This document shows positions 1-9,545 of a stretch of 64,000 nt of DNA, piece after piece. Numbering within the stretch: the stretch's first letter is position 1; the number at the start of each line of letters is the position of its first letter. The stretch comes from Dehalococcoidia bacterium. GTDB taxonomy: Bacteria > Chloroflexota > Dehalococcoidia > UBA2979. The notes under the pieces are model-generated. The model was not told the origin of the DNA and did not search any database. It saw only the letters and a program-made list of their open reading frames with translations. The position numbers were made by a program, and so were the translations under genes. The DNA is taken from positions 9-64,008 of the forward strand of contig JANQNP010000067.1 of assembly GCA_028279505.1 (NCBI GenBank), in the 5' to 3' direction.

Positions 1-1
1 T

Positions 2-187
2 CTGCTCGCCCTCGGCGGCATCACCGCGCTGACCCGCGTCGCGCTCACCCCGCTCTCGGTCCTCGGGACCGACGCCTTCGGCGTCGACTCGGTGATCTTC
101 CTCCTCGTCGGCGTCGCCGCCCTCGCTGCGGCAGCCCGCGCCTCGGATCCGGCTCGCGCCCCGACCGAGACGGCAGCGACCAGCTGA
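2..187 (+). CDS. 3' end of a membrane transporter (probably MFS), partial at window edge
   Basis: Frame 2 reads LLALGGITALTRVALTPLSVLGTDAFGVDSVIFLLVGVAALAAAA...TS* (TGA 185-187); two hydrophobic helices; not in the ORF track. Confidence 0.55.
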   Translation: MLALGGITALTRVALTPLSVLGTDAFGVDSVIFLLVGVAALAAAARASDPARAPTETAATS

Positions 188-671
188 CGCCGGCCGCCTG
201 GTACACGCGCTTCAACTCCTCGAAGCGGCTGTCGCCCTCCGACGGCGGAACGAGCACGCCGGTGTCGATGTACGTCCCGAGGCGTTCGAGGATCTCGTGC
301 CACCCGGCCGCCGCCCCGAGGATATGCGACGCCGGGATGTACTGCACGAGCGTCACCAGCGTCTCTCCGTCGCCGACCTCGACGAGGTCGAACCGCACGA
401 GGCCGGGCGCAACGTTCACGTCGTCCCACGTGAACTCGAAGATGTACGGCGCCTGCATCACCTTCACCGTGCCGTTCAGACCAGCGTCCGCCCGCTGGAT
501 CCGCCCACCCTCACGAGGTTCCAGCACCTCGCATTTCCACCACAGCGCCAGCTCCTCGGGACTCGTGATCGCCGCCCAGGTCTGCTCGATTGCAGCGCCA
601 ATCACCCGCCTCACCTCCAGGCGCCGCGCCGCCCCATGCCCCGCGATCGTCGCCAGCTCGTCGTTACTCAC
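45..671 (-). CDS. SRPBCC/AHSA1 domain protein (C-terminal ~47 aa probably a stop-loss extension)
   Basis: GTG at 671 overlaps the ArsR stop; WAAITSPEELALWW, EPREGG and AAGWHEILERL motifs. Confidence 0.85.
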   Translation of the reverse strand: MSNDELATIAGHGAARRLEVRRVIGAAIEQTWAAITSPEELALWWKCEVLEPREGGRIQRADAGLNGTVKVMQAPYIFEFTWDDVNVAPGLVRFDLVEVGDGETLVTLVQYIPASHILGAAAGWHEILERLGTYIDTGVLVPPSEGDSRFEELKRVYQAAGVSWSLPSRSGREPDPRRGLPQRGRRRRRGGRSPSRRRRRRSRGPRAG

Positions 672-1044
672 CGGAGGTCCCCCCACTCCTGCGCGACTCA
701 CGGCCCGTCCGGCCACCCGCCGCGCCAGCAGCGAGATGCGCCTCTAGGTCGTCGAGGCTCCTCTCCCAGAAGGTTCGCTGGTCCGCCAGCCACTGCTCGG
801 CCGTCCGCATCGCATCCGCCGTCATCCGGCAGATGCGCACTCGGCCCACCTTCTCCGTGCGCACCAACCCGCTCCGCTCCAGCACCTTGATGTGCTGAAC
901 GAACGACGGCAGCGCCATGTCGAACGGTTCTGCCAGCTCCGAGACCGATGCCTGCCCGCGGCTCAGCCGCGACACCACGATCCGCCGTGTCGGATCGGCG
1001 AGGGCGTGAAACACTTCGTCGAGAGTCGCGGATTGGTTAGCCAT
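664..1044 (-). CDS. ArsR/SmtB family transcriptional regulator
   Basis: VFHALADPTRRIVV...SVSELAEPFDMALPSFVQHIKVLERSGLV...GRVR. Confidence 0.93.
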   Translation of the reverse strand: MANQSATLDEVFHALADPTRRIVVSRLSRGQASVSELAEPFDMALPSFVQHIKVLERSGLVRTEKVGRVRICRMTADAMRTAEQWLADQRTFWERSLDDLEAHLAAGAAGGRTGRESRRSGGTSGE

Positions 1045-1087
1045 GTACCTAACTATCCTTGAGCTGAACAGTTAGGTCAACAGCTAA
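1036..1087 (-). promoter_or_regulatory. Probable leaderless promoter with two TTAG-N8-CTAA operators (ArsR autoregulation)
   Basis: GTTAG-ccatgtac-CTAAC at 1036-1053 covers the ATG; TTAG-gtcaacag-CTAA at 1072-1087; minus strand TTGACC-17 nt-GATAGT-7 nt-ATG. Confidence 0.6.
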
Positions 1088-1119
1088 GTGTCGCTCCGAG
1101 TCGCACGAGAGGGGTCAGG

Positions 1120-1521
1120 GTGGTCGCAGTCGATCGACAGCAGTAAGCACGGGCCGCCACGCGCTGGCTCTACATCGCGAACACCGCCCTGCTCGCGACG
1201 CACCAGGTCGACGCGGCCTACTGGGAGGAGTGGGACACGTTCCGCCTGCCAATCGGCATCGAGGGCTTCCTCCTCTTCACCGTGGCGGTGCTGATATCCG
1301 TCCTCCACGGCCTCGGCCAGGTCGCCCGCCGCGAGCCTGGAGCGGAGCGCTGGTCGTACGCGATCGCGGCGCTGGGCGTCTTCACCTTCACCCTGCACGC
1401 GGTCATCCTCGCCCTCGGAAACGACGACTTCCGCAGCGCCACCTCGCTCGCACTGCTGCTCGCGATCCTCGGCGTCGCGGTCGCCCAGGCCCTCGCCACG
1501 AGGCGAGTCACCACGAGCTGA
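1120..1521 (+). pseudogene. Small membrane protein (DUF6713-like) with an in-frame TAA at codon 9
   Basis: GTG 1120 preceded by GAGAGGGG; TAA 1144-1146; frame continues RWLYIANTALLATHQVDAAYWEEWDTFRLPIGIEGFLLF into ORF 1282-1521. Confidence 0.55.
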
Positions 1522-1603
1522 CGAACGACGGCGACCTCCGATCGTTGATCGATCTGTGGCCCGCGACACGCAACCTCCCGAGGTGGCCCGGCAGGATCAA
1601 CCT

Positions 1604-3313
1604 ATGACGCACCGCCGCACCCTCGCCCTCCTCGCGACCTTCGCACTAGCGATCGTCGCCGCCTGCGGCGGCGACTCAGACGAGCCGAGCGGGGCCCCAA
1701 CCACCGAGGACCGCGCCGCCCCCGCCTTCAGCAGCGTCACCGTCGACGGCCCGCTCGACGTCACCGTCCGACTGAAACGCGGTGCCCCCGAGCGAATCGA
1801 GGTCACCGCACCCGGCGGCGGCCACGAGCGCATCGTCACCTCGGTCGAGAGCGGCGCGGCCACCGTCACCGCCGACAGCGAACCGCTCGAGGGCACGTCG
1901 GTCCTCCTCGTGGTCGCCACGCTCGAGGCCATCGACGCCACCGAGGGCGCATCCGTCTCCCTCGTCGGCGAGGTGGAGCTCCCCGTCTTCGAGGCCGCGG
2001 CGACCGCCGGCGCCTCGATCGTCGCCCGCGACGTGATCGGCTTCGAGCGGACCAGCGGCTCCTGGCAGCTCCGCGTCGAGGGCGACTCGACCATCGACCT
2101 CGCCGAGATCCTCGCCTCGTCGGTCAACGTCGAGGCGAGCGGGCGCAGCACCGTCACCGTCGAAGCCCTGATCTCGGTCACCGGCACCGTCGAGCCCGGC
2201 GCGACCCTCGAGGTGCTCGGCTCACCGAACCGCGTCGACGTCACCGGTGGCGGCTTCGTCCGAGCGGAGCCAGCGGAGCCGATAACGCCACCAACCGACC
2301 CGGCGCCCGAACGCCCAGACGCCCTCACCGGCGCCCCGCTCCCCGCGCTCGAAACCGAGTCCGTCGCCTTCGACGAAGACCGCTTCAACCCGAGCGCCGG
2401 CACCTTCCCCGCGCTCACCGATCCCGCGGTCGTCCCCGCCGAGGATGCCCGTTGGCTCGACGACGACACGCTCGTCCTCGGCGCGACGCAGAACGGCGAG
2501 GCCCGCGCCTACCCGATCTTCATGCTCACGTTTCATCACGTCGCGAACGACACCCTCGGCGGAGAGCCCTACCTCGTCACCTTCTGAATCGTCTGCTCAT
2601 CGGGGGTCGGCTTCGACCCCCTCCGACCCAGCGAAGACGGCGGCGGCGACCGCCTCCTCTTCCACACCGCCGGCATCTACAACGGCGTCTTCACGATGTT
2701 CGACGACCGCACCGGCAGCGTCTGGTCACACCTCGACGGTCGCGCCCTCGGCGGCGAACTGGCCGGCGAGGCCCTCGAGGTGCTCCCGCTCCAGACCACG
2801 ACCTGGTCAGCCTGGGTCGCCGACCACCCCGAAACCACCGTGCTCGCGCTCGACACCGGATACCGCTACCGCAATGAGGTGAGGCTCGCCGGTGGCGGCC
2901 TCGGCCACACCTTCGCCGACAGCCTCGTCAGCACCGACGATCGCCTGCCCATCAACGAACTGGTAATCGGCGTGCTCGTCGGCCAGCAGGCCGCCGCCTT
3001 CCCCGTCGACGTCATCCGCGAGGACGTCCCGCTCCACGCCGATGTCGACGGCGTCCCCATCGTCATCCTCGCCGACACCGAGGGCGAGCCCTCGCTCGCC
3101 TACCACCGCGCCCTCACCGACGGCCGCGTCCTCGACTTCGAGCGTTCCGAGGACGGCACCCTCCACGACACCCAAACGGCTTCCCGCTGGACCTCGAGCG
3201 GCCTCGCCGTCGACGGCGAGCTCGCCGGCGTCCAGCTCACCTTCGTCACCTCGTTCCTCAGCGAGTGGTACGGCTGGGCCGCCTTCCACCCTGAAACCAC
3301 GATCGAGGGCTAG
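1604..3313 (+). CDS. Selenoprotein candidate: lipoprotein with GIN/DUF2807-like beta-repeat domain fused to DUF3179 (UxxC), Sec at TGA 2585-2587
   Basis: Lipobox IVAAC; ORFs 1556-2587 and 2696-3313 are in the same frame joined by an open stretch; ARAYP...HHVANDTLGGEPYLVTF-U-IVCSSGVGFD...GIYNG..MFDDRTGSVWS...WYGWAAFHPET matches the DUF3179 pattern. Confidence 0.88.
2602..2621 (+). promoter_or_regulatory. Bacterial SECIS-like hairpin
   Basis: GGGGGTCG-GCTT-CGACCCCC, perfect 8-bp stem; the loop starts with G, 22 nt after the UGA. Confidence 0.75.
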
Positions 3314-3374
3314 CCTCCGTCGCGCCGACCGCTCGACGTTCGGGACCTGGACGCGGCCACCACCCCGCTCGCAC

Positions 3375-3412
3375 GAGGCGCGAAGCGTCAACCGAGGGGT
3401 CGAAGACCCCTC
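3375..3412 (+). repeat. Dispersed tandem cGAAg mini-hairpin element, copy 1
   Basis: GAGGCGCGAAGCGTC-aacc-GAGGGGTCGAAGACCCCTC, abutting the stop of the SDR gene. Confidence 0.7.
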
Positions 3413-4187
3413 AGAAGCCGCCGCCGTTCACGCGGATCTTCTGGTTGGTGATGTAGCGGCCATCCTCGCCGACGAGGTGGGCCACCGTCGCTGCGATGTC
3501 GGCGGGCTCGCAGACGTACCCGAACGGCGAGCTGGCGTCGCGCTCGCGCATATCGACGTCGTCGTGGCCGGTCAGCGCCGAGACCAGCGCGCGACCCATA
3601 TCCGTGTCGACCAGCCCCGGCGCCACGACGTTCACGCGAATCCCGTGCTCGCGCTCCTCCTTGGCGAGGGTGTGCGCCATCGCCTCCATCGCCGCCTTGC
3701 TGAGCGCGTACAGCCCGTAGCCCGGCGCCATCCCTTCCGTCGCCACCGAGGAGATCATCACCACGTCCCCACGATCGGCCGCTCGCATCTGCGGCACCAG
3801 CGCCTGGACGGTGTGAATCGCGCCCCAGAGGTTCGCGCCGAGCAGCGTCTGGTACTGCTCCGTCGTCGCCTCCGTGATCTTCGGCCGGTTCACGTACGCC
3901 GACCCGAGCCCGGCGTTGTTCACAAGGATGTCGATCCGCCCGAGGTCCCCGACCGCCTGCTCGCACATCGCCTCAACGGCGGCGCGATCGGCTACGTCCG
4001 CCTGGTACACCTCCGCCCGCCGCCCGAGCGCCCGCACCTCGTCGGCGACCTCGTTCGCGGCCTCGGCGTTGTTCGCGTAGTTGATCGCCACGTCGGCGCC
4101 ATCCGCCGCAAGCCGCACGCAGATCGCGCGGCCGATGCCGCGGCTGCCACCGGTCACCAGCGCCGTTCGTCCCTCGAGACCTGCCAT
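3411..4187 (-). CDS. SDR family NAD(P)-dependent oxidoreductase (FabG-like)
   Basis: TGGSRGIG, NNAG, YALSK, VNVVAPG. Confidence 0.95.
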   Translation of the reverse strand: MAGLEGRTALVTGGSRGIGRAICVRLAADGADVAINYANNAEAANEVADEVRALGRRAEVYQADVADRAAVEAMCEQAVGDLGRIDILVNNAGLGSAYVNRPKITEATTEQYQTLLGANLWGAIHTVQALVPQMRAADRGDVVMISSVATEGMAPGYGLYALSKAAMEAMAHTLAKEEREHGIRVNVVAPGLVDTDMGRALVSALTGHDDVDMRERDASSPFGYVCEPADIAATVAHLVGEDGRYITNQKIRVNGGGF

Positions 4188-4276
4188 CGGGTGCTCCGTT
4201 CGTTCGCGAAACCGATCGTTATGAAGTACAGATTGCTACATTCAACCTCGCAGCTCTCTGACGATCGAAGCGAACG

Positions 4277-5206
4277 ATGCCCGTCCCCACATACAACGAA
4301 CTGATGCGGCCGGTGCTGGCTGCGCTCGATTCCGGAGAGACCCTGCCCGTCTCCCAAATCAAGGAGCGAGTGATCGACTCGCTCCCGGACGAGGCTGCTG
4401 ACACTCGAGCGACAACACCTGGCGGGGCACCGCTGCTAGTCAGGCGAATCGAGTGGAGTGTCCAGTACCTGCTGAAGGCCGCGCTGATCGAACGACCGGA
4501 GCGCGCCCACTACCGGATCACGCCTCGCGGTTCGGATGTCCTCACGAACGGCCCCGCTACCCTCGACTGGCGTTTCTTACAGACATTCCCCGAATTCGCG
4601 GGCTGGCTAAGTCGATCGAACTCGGTCCGACCGGGACGAGCCGGCGATGGAAGCGCCGAACTCGGGGCGCAGTCGGACGGGGACTCGACGCCGGACGATC
4701 TGCTCAGCAGGGGCGTCGCCGCAATCGAGGCGCGCGTGATCGATGAGCTAGTCGAACAACTCACGCAGATCACACCGACCCAGTTCGAGCGCCTAGTCAC
4801 ACGACTCCTCGAGTCGATCGGATACACCGGCACGGAGGGCGTCGGCGAAGTCACGTCCGGCGGAGCCGACGGCGGCATCGACGGGATCATCCGACGCGAC
4901 CGTCTTGGGCTCGAGCGAATCCTCCTCCAAGCGAAACAGTGGTCTGCCGACCGCCCTGTCGGGCGACCTGAGATCGATAAGTTCCTCGGAGTCCTCGGGC
5001 GCGAAGGTGTTTCACTGGGTGTGTTCATCACCACGTCCAGCTTCACCCGCGACGCTCGTGAGGGCGTCACGCACCTGGGTGGTCAGGTAGCGCTAATCGA
5101 TGGGCAGCAACTCTCGCAGCTCATGTACGAATACGACACCGGTGTGAGTATCGAATCCCGCTTCGTGACGAAACGCCTCGATACTGATTTCTTTGAGAAC
5201 CTCTAG
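4277..5206 (+). CDS. mrr: Mrr-family (type IV) restriction endonuclease
   Basis: Mrr_N (PTYNELMRPVL...RIEWSVQYLLKAALIERP) plus catalytic DGGIDG...QAKQW...GVFITTSSFT...LIDG. Confidence 0.93.
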   Translation: MPVPTYNELMRPVLAALDSGETLPVSQIKERVIDSLPDEAADTRATTPGGAPLLVRRIEWSVQYLLKAALIERPERAHYRITPRGSDVLTNGPATLDWRFLQTFPEFAGWLSRSNSVRPGRAGDGSAELGAQSDGDSTPDDLLSRGVAAIEARVIDELVEQLTQITPTQFERLVTRLLESIGYTGTEGVGEVTSGGADGGIDGIIRRDRLGLERILLQAKQWSADRPVGRPEIDKFLGVLGREGVSLGVFITTSSFTRDAREGVTHLGGQVALIDGQQLSQLMYEYDTGVSIESRFVTKRLDTDFFENL

Positions 5207-5212
5207 CTCAGC

Positions 5213-5692
5213 TCAGCCTTCTGCGCCGTGCGCATCCATCAACGAAAGCGCGAGGACCACCTCGCCGTCCTCGACCTCACCCGTCGGCGTGAACCCCAGC
5301 CGCGCGTAGAACGGGCCGGCGTTCCCCGCCCGCTCCGCGTGCGACAGCACCACGCGGTCGACCCCATCGAGGGCGCGCGCCCGCTCGATCACCAGTCGCA
5401 TCGCCGCCGCGCCGTACCCGCGCCGCTGGTGCCCAGCATCGATCATCATCCGCCAGACGTAGACGCACCGCTCCTCGAGGACGTCGATCCCCTGCACGAA
5501 CCCGACCGGCTCGCCGTCGGCGGTGATCGCGCGGAACCACGCCTGCGGCTCGAAGTGCGCTTCCGCGATCGACCGCGCGTTGTCGGCGACCAGCTCGCGC
5601 TGCTCCGGCGCCACCGTCAGTCCGAGGATCGCCCGCAGGTTCTCCTTCGTAACCTCCCGCAGCTCGACGCGCGCGGCCCCGGAGCGGCTCAG
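5213..5692 (-). CDS. GNAT acetyltransferase (spermine/spermidine acetyltransferase-like); start uncertain
   Basis: LREVTKENLRAILGL, SIAEAHF, RMMIDAGHQRRGYG, FYARLGF. Confidence 0.88.
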   Translation of the reverse strand: MSRSGAARVELREVTKENLRAILGLTVAPEQRELVADNARSIAEAHFEPQAWFRAITADGEPVGFVQGIDVLEERCVYVWRMMIDAGHQRRGYGAAAMRLVIERARALDGVDRVVLSHAERAGNAGPFYARLGFTPTGEVEDGEVVLALSLMDAHGAEG

Positions 5693-6801
5693 CTGAGGAC
5701 CGCCGTTCGCTTCCGCTCGATCAGGTCGAAGTCGATCTGCGCGCCGAGCCCGGGCTCGTTGAACGCGTACACGAAACCCTGCTCGTCGGGATCGATGTCC
5801 TCGACCAGCCCGTACTTCTGGGCGCCCGAGGGCAGCAGCACCTCGAAGTACTCGCAGTTCTTGATCGCCATGATCACGTGCAGGTTCGCCACGTTGTTCA
5901 GCGAGTTGCCGCCGTGGTGGACCTCGTAGTTCATGTGGAACGCCTCGGCCAGGTGCGCCGTCTTCAGGCAGGCCGTGATCCCACCCTTCACCGCCACATC
6001 GCCGCGCAGGTAATCCGTCGCCTGCGCCATCAGCCACGGCGCGTAGGCGGTGAACCCGCCCGGCGAGTACTCCGTCGCCATCAGCGGGATGCCGAGCTGC
6101 TGACGCAGCTTCACGTAGTTGCCGATGTCGTCATCGGCGAGAGGGTCTTCGTACCAGTAGAAGTTCAGCTCCTCGGCGACCTTCCCCACCCGCAGCGCGT
6201 CCGGATAGTCGTACGCCCAGGTCGAGTCGAGCATGATCCGGTAGTCGTCCCCGACCGCCTCCCGCACCGCCCGGCAGACCGCGATGTCGCCCTCGGCGCT
6301 CACCGTCGGCGGGTGGATCTTGTACGCGGCCCAGCCGTCCGCCTGGTACTGCGCCGCCTGCTCCGCGTACTCCTCGGGGGTCTCGAGGGCAGGCGAGCTG
6401 GCATACGCCGGCACCCGGTCCCGGTACGACCCGATCAGCCGGTGGATCGGCAGCCCCGCGATCTTCCCGCCGAGGTCCCACAACGCCACGTCGATGGCGC
6501 CGATCGCTCGAGGCGTCGTCATCCGGTAGCGGCTCGCCAGGTCCTGGTAGATCCGCTCGCGGTCCAGCGGATCCTGGTCGACGACCACCGGCTTCAGGTG
6601 GCGCGTGATCGAAAGCGCGTCCAGCTCCGCGCTGCGACTCGCATTCCCGAGGAACGCGTGCCCCTCGAACGCCTCGTCCGTCGCGATCGTGACGAGGCCG
6701 AGCTGACTGCTGCCCTCGAACGTCGGCGCGAGCTTCCCGTACTTCGTCGCCGGAATGTCGTCCCAGGCGAACAGCGTGACCGTCAGATCCGTGATCTTCA
6801 T
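5689..6801 (-). CDS. Mandelate racemase/muconate lactonizing enzyme (enolase superfamily)
   Basis: IDVALWDL, AYKIH, MLD, WYEDP, ATE, KGGIT, PGLG. Confidence 0.93.
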   Translation of the reverse strand: MKITDLTVTLFAWDDIPATKYGKLAPTFEGSSQLGLVTIATDEAFEGHAFLGNASRSAELDALSITRHLKPVVVDQDPLDRERIYQDLASRYRMTTPRAIGAIDVALWDLGGKIAGLPIHRLIGSYRDRVPAYASSPALETPEEYAEQAAQYQADGWAAYKIHPPTVSAEGDIAVCRAVREAVGDDYRIMLDSTWAYDYPDALRVGKVAEELNFYWYEDPLADDDIGNYVKLRQQLGIPLMATEYSPGGFTAYAPWLMAQATDYLRGDVAVKGGITACLKTAHLAEAFHMNYEVHHGGNSLNNVANLHVIMAIKNCEYFEVLLPSGAQKYGLVEDIDPDEQGFVYAFNEPGLGAQIDFDLIERKRTAVLS

Positions 6802-6813
6802 CGCGCGGAACCT

Positions 6814-7863
6814 CTAAGCGCCCGGCGCGCAGGCCTGCATGACCGCCCGCGTCGAGTCGATGCCCGGCTGCGCGTTGACCACCCGCACGATCGCGATGTC
6901 GAGTCCCTCCGCCAGCACCTCGAACTTCGCCTTCGCCTCCGACGGCGTGGCGTACACGCCGACCGCATCGAGGAGCGCATCCGGGAACGCCGCGATCAGC
7001 TCCTCCTGCGTCGCGTGCTTCTTGCGCATCTCGTCGAGCTCCAGCAGCTCGTCGGCGAACCCCATCCGCTCGAAGTGGCCACGGTAGGCGAACTGCCGCT
7101 CGCGCTCCGTCGGGACCGTTGCGCGCAGCGCGTAGCCCATCGTCGCCCGCGCCAGGGCGTCGCGCGCGACCTGGATGTCCTCGTCGACCGAGACGCGGAT
7201 GTACTCCACGAGCTGCACCTCCGAGGGGTCGCGACCGGCCGCGCGCGCCCCCTCGTTGACCTGTTCGCGGCTCCAGTGCACGCGCTCGGTGCTGCACCAG
7301 TTCATCGCCGCACCGTCCGACAGCTCGCCCGCGAGCTGCAGCATCTTCGGCCCGAGCGCGCCCAGCAGCACCGGCGTCTTCGGCGCCCGACGGAAGCCGG
7401 AGATGCTCATCCCGCGGAGGGTGACCGCCTCGCCCTCGTAGTCCACCGTCTCGCCGGCGAGCAGCTTGCGGGTGGTCACGAGGTAGTCCCGCATCACCGC
7501 CAGCGCCGACTGCGTCCGGAAGCCGAGATTGCGACGCGTCGAGGGCTGATAGATCCCACCGGTGCCAATCCCGAGCATGAACCTGCCGCCGGTCATCTGG
7601 CTCAGTGTCCCGGCGCTGCTCGCGAACGAGACCGGCGACCGGAACGCCACCGGCGAGACGGAGATGCCGGTCGTCAGCCCCTCGGGCACCACATCCCTCG
7701 AGGCCTGCCAGCGCATGCCGCAGAGCTGGAACCCGTCGCTGCCGGCGCCGTCTGGCGTCCAGATACTCGTGTAGCCCTGCTCCGCCGCCTCGCGGCTGAG
7801 TGTCACCTGCTCGTCGAAGCTGAGCCGGAGGCTCGCGTCGAGGCCGACACCGATCTGCATCAC
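6814..7863 (-). CDS. LLM class flavin/F420-dependent oxidoreductase
   Basis: AAEQGYTSIW, GGRFMLGIGTG, GALGPKMLQLAGELSDG. Confidence 0.92.
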   Translation of the reverse strand: MMQIGVGLDASLRLSFDEQVTLSREAAEQGYTSIWTPDGAGSDGFQLCGMRWQASRDVVPEGLTTGISVSPVAFRSPVSFASSAGTLSQMTGGRFMLGIGTGGIYQPSTRRNLGFRTQSALAVMRDYLVTTRKLLAGETVDYEGEAVTLRGMSISGFRRAPKTPVLLGALGPKMLQLAGELSDGAAMNWCSTERVHWSREQVNEGARAAGRDPSEVQLVEYIRVSVDEDIQVARDALARATMGYALRATVPTERERQFAYRGHFERMGFADELLELDEMRKKHATQEELIAAFPDALLDAVGVYATPSEAKAKFEVLAEGLDIAIVRVVNAQPGIDSTRAVMQACAPGA

Positions 7864-7926
7864 ATCACTCCCGCCGCGATCCTCGGTGGCTGCGTTCGCG
7901 CGAGAGCGTACCGGTGAGCGCGGCGG

Positions 7927-9450
7927 TTAGGCAGCCCCGTCGCCGGAGACGCCGGCCTCGGCTCGGTCTTTGGCCTCGGCGGGAGCCGGCTGCTCCGTGG
8001 GCCGTCCGGCCGGTCGGCCACCCGGCGGCCCCATCTGCGGTCGCGGCGTCGGCGGCCGCAGCGACGATGCGATCGCCCCCAGGAGTGACAGGCCGGCCGC
8101 CACCCGGAACGCGACGCGAATGCCATCGAGGAGCGCATCGGGCGGCAGGTCACGCGCGTTCTCGACCGTATCGATCCCCGCCGAGTTTGCCGCCACGTAG
8201 ACCAGCACCGCCCCCGAGATCGCCAGCCCGACCGAGGAGCCGACGTTCCGCCCCGTGGCAAGACTCGCCGCCGCCGTTCCCAGCATCTGCCGCGGCACGC
8301 TCCCCATCACGTCGCTGCTGTTCGGCGACATGAAGATCGCGGCCCCGATCCCGCCGATCGCGAGCCGCGCCATGATCCACGGCGCGGTGGTCTCGGCGTC
8401 GATCGTCGAGAGCGACAGCAACCCGATCGCGACGATCAAGATGCCGATCGTCGTCTGATGCCGGAACTGATAGCGGTCCGAGATCTGCCCGCTGTACGCC
8501 GAGAACATCAGCATCATCGCCGGCACCGTCGCCAGGATCAGACCCGTCTGCACCGTCGAGTACTCGCGCACCTCGATCAGGTAGAACGGCATCAGGAAGA
8601 TGCTCGCCGACTGCCCAAGGAAGCTCAGGATCAGCGCACCCACCGAGATGCTGAACGTCCGCTGAGCGAACAGGCTCAGCGCCAGCACCGGGCTCTGGCT
8701 CCGCGTCTCGATGTTGATGAACGCGATCAGCGACACGACGCTGACCCCGGCCAGCCCGAGGATCGGCGGCGATGCCCAGCCCCACGCCTGACCGCGGTTG
8801 ACCGCGAGCAACGCCGCCGCCAGGAAGACGAACAAGGTGATCGCGCCCGGGATGTCCAGCTTCCCCGCCGGTCGATCTGACTCCGGGTCCCGGATCAACC
8901 ACACCGCCAGCGCGAACGCGACTAGCACGATCGGGATCCGCAGCCAGAACAGCGCCCGCCAGTCGCCGACCCCCAGCAGCACGCCACCGACGATCGGCCC
9001 GGTCATCAGCCCGGCCCCCACCACCGACCCGACGATCCCGAGGGCGCGTCCACGCTCCTCGTCCGGGAACGCCTCGGTGATGATCGCGTTGCCCGTGCCC
9101 AGCGCCCCCGCCAGCCCGATCGCCTGCACCGCGCGGAACGCGATCAGCATCTCGATGTTCTGCGCGACGCTCGCCAGCACCAGCCCGACGCCGAACACCA
9201 GCCACCCAACGAGGTAGATCCGCTTCCGGCCGAACAGGTCACCAGAGCGTCCCGCGGTCAGCGTCAGCCCGGTCGACACCAGTGAGGCGGTCAGCGACGC
9301 CCACACCACCACATCCGGCGGCCGGTCGAACTCATCGGACAGCGTTGGGAGGGCGACGTTGATGATGGAGAAGTCCATCGTCGCCATGAAGGTGCCGAAC
9401 GTGACGGCCAGCAGCGCGCGCCACTTGTACGGCAGGTTGGTGAGCGGCAT
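7927..9450 (-). CDS. MFS transporter, DHA2 (EmrB/QacA-like, ~14 TM)
   Basis: DFSIINVALPTL, GDLFGRKR, ERGRALG, WRALFW. Confidence 0.93.
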   Translation of the reverse strand: MPLTNLPYKWRALLAVTFGTFMATMDFSIINVALPTLSDEFDRPPDVVVWASLTASLVSTGLTLTAGRSGDLFGRKRIYLVGWLVFGVGLVLASVAQNIEMLIAFRAVQAIGLAGALGTGNAIITEAFPDEERGRALGIVGSVVGAGLMTGPIVGGVLLGVGDWRALFWLRIPIVLVAFALAVWLIRDPESDRPAGKLDIPGAITLFVFLAAALLAVNRGQAWGWASPPILGLAGVSVVSLIAFINIETRSQSPVLALSLFAQRTFSISVGALILSFLGQSASIFLMPFYLIEVREYSTVQTGLILATVPAMMLMFSAYSGQISDRYQFRHQTTIGILIVAIGLLSLSTIDAETTAPWIMARLAIGGIGAAIFMSPNSSDVMGSVPRQMLGTAAASLATGRNVGSSVGLAISGAVLVYVAANSAGIDTVENARDLPPDALLDGIRVAFRVAAGLSLLGAIASSLRPPTPRPQMGPPGGRPAGRPTEQPAPAEAKDRAEAGVSGDGAA

Positions 9451-9510
9451 CGAGCGACTCTACCGCGCACGTGAGCTTCGGTCTGTCCTGGCCTGGCGCC
9501 GGCGTCGGCG

Positions 9511-9545
9511 TTGAGATCGTATAGCGACTTAGTTATACATCTCGC
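9511..9545 (+). promoter_or_regulatory. Probable promoter with palindromic operator upstream of the second ArsR
   Basis: TTGAGA-17 nt-TATACA-6 nt-ATG; GTATA-N10-TATAC at 9519-9538; no SD. Confidence 0.5.

Noticed and set aside
5878..7917. 679-aa + strand ORF (and similar long ORFs 13417-15231, 27295-29268, 16326-17984, 34439-36250)
   Set aside because: Arg/Pro-rich shadow or alternate-frame ORFs over well-supported genes; typical of high-GC DNA.
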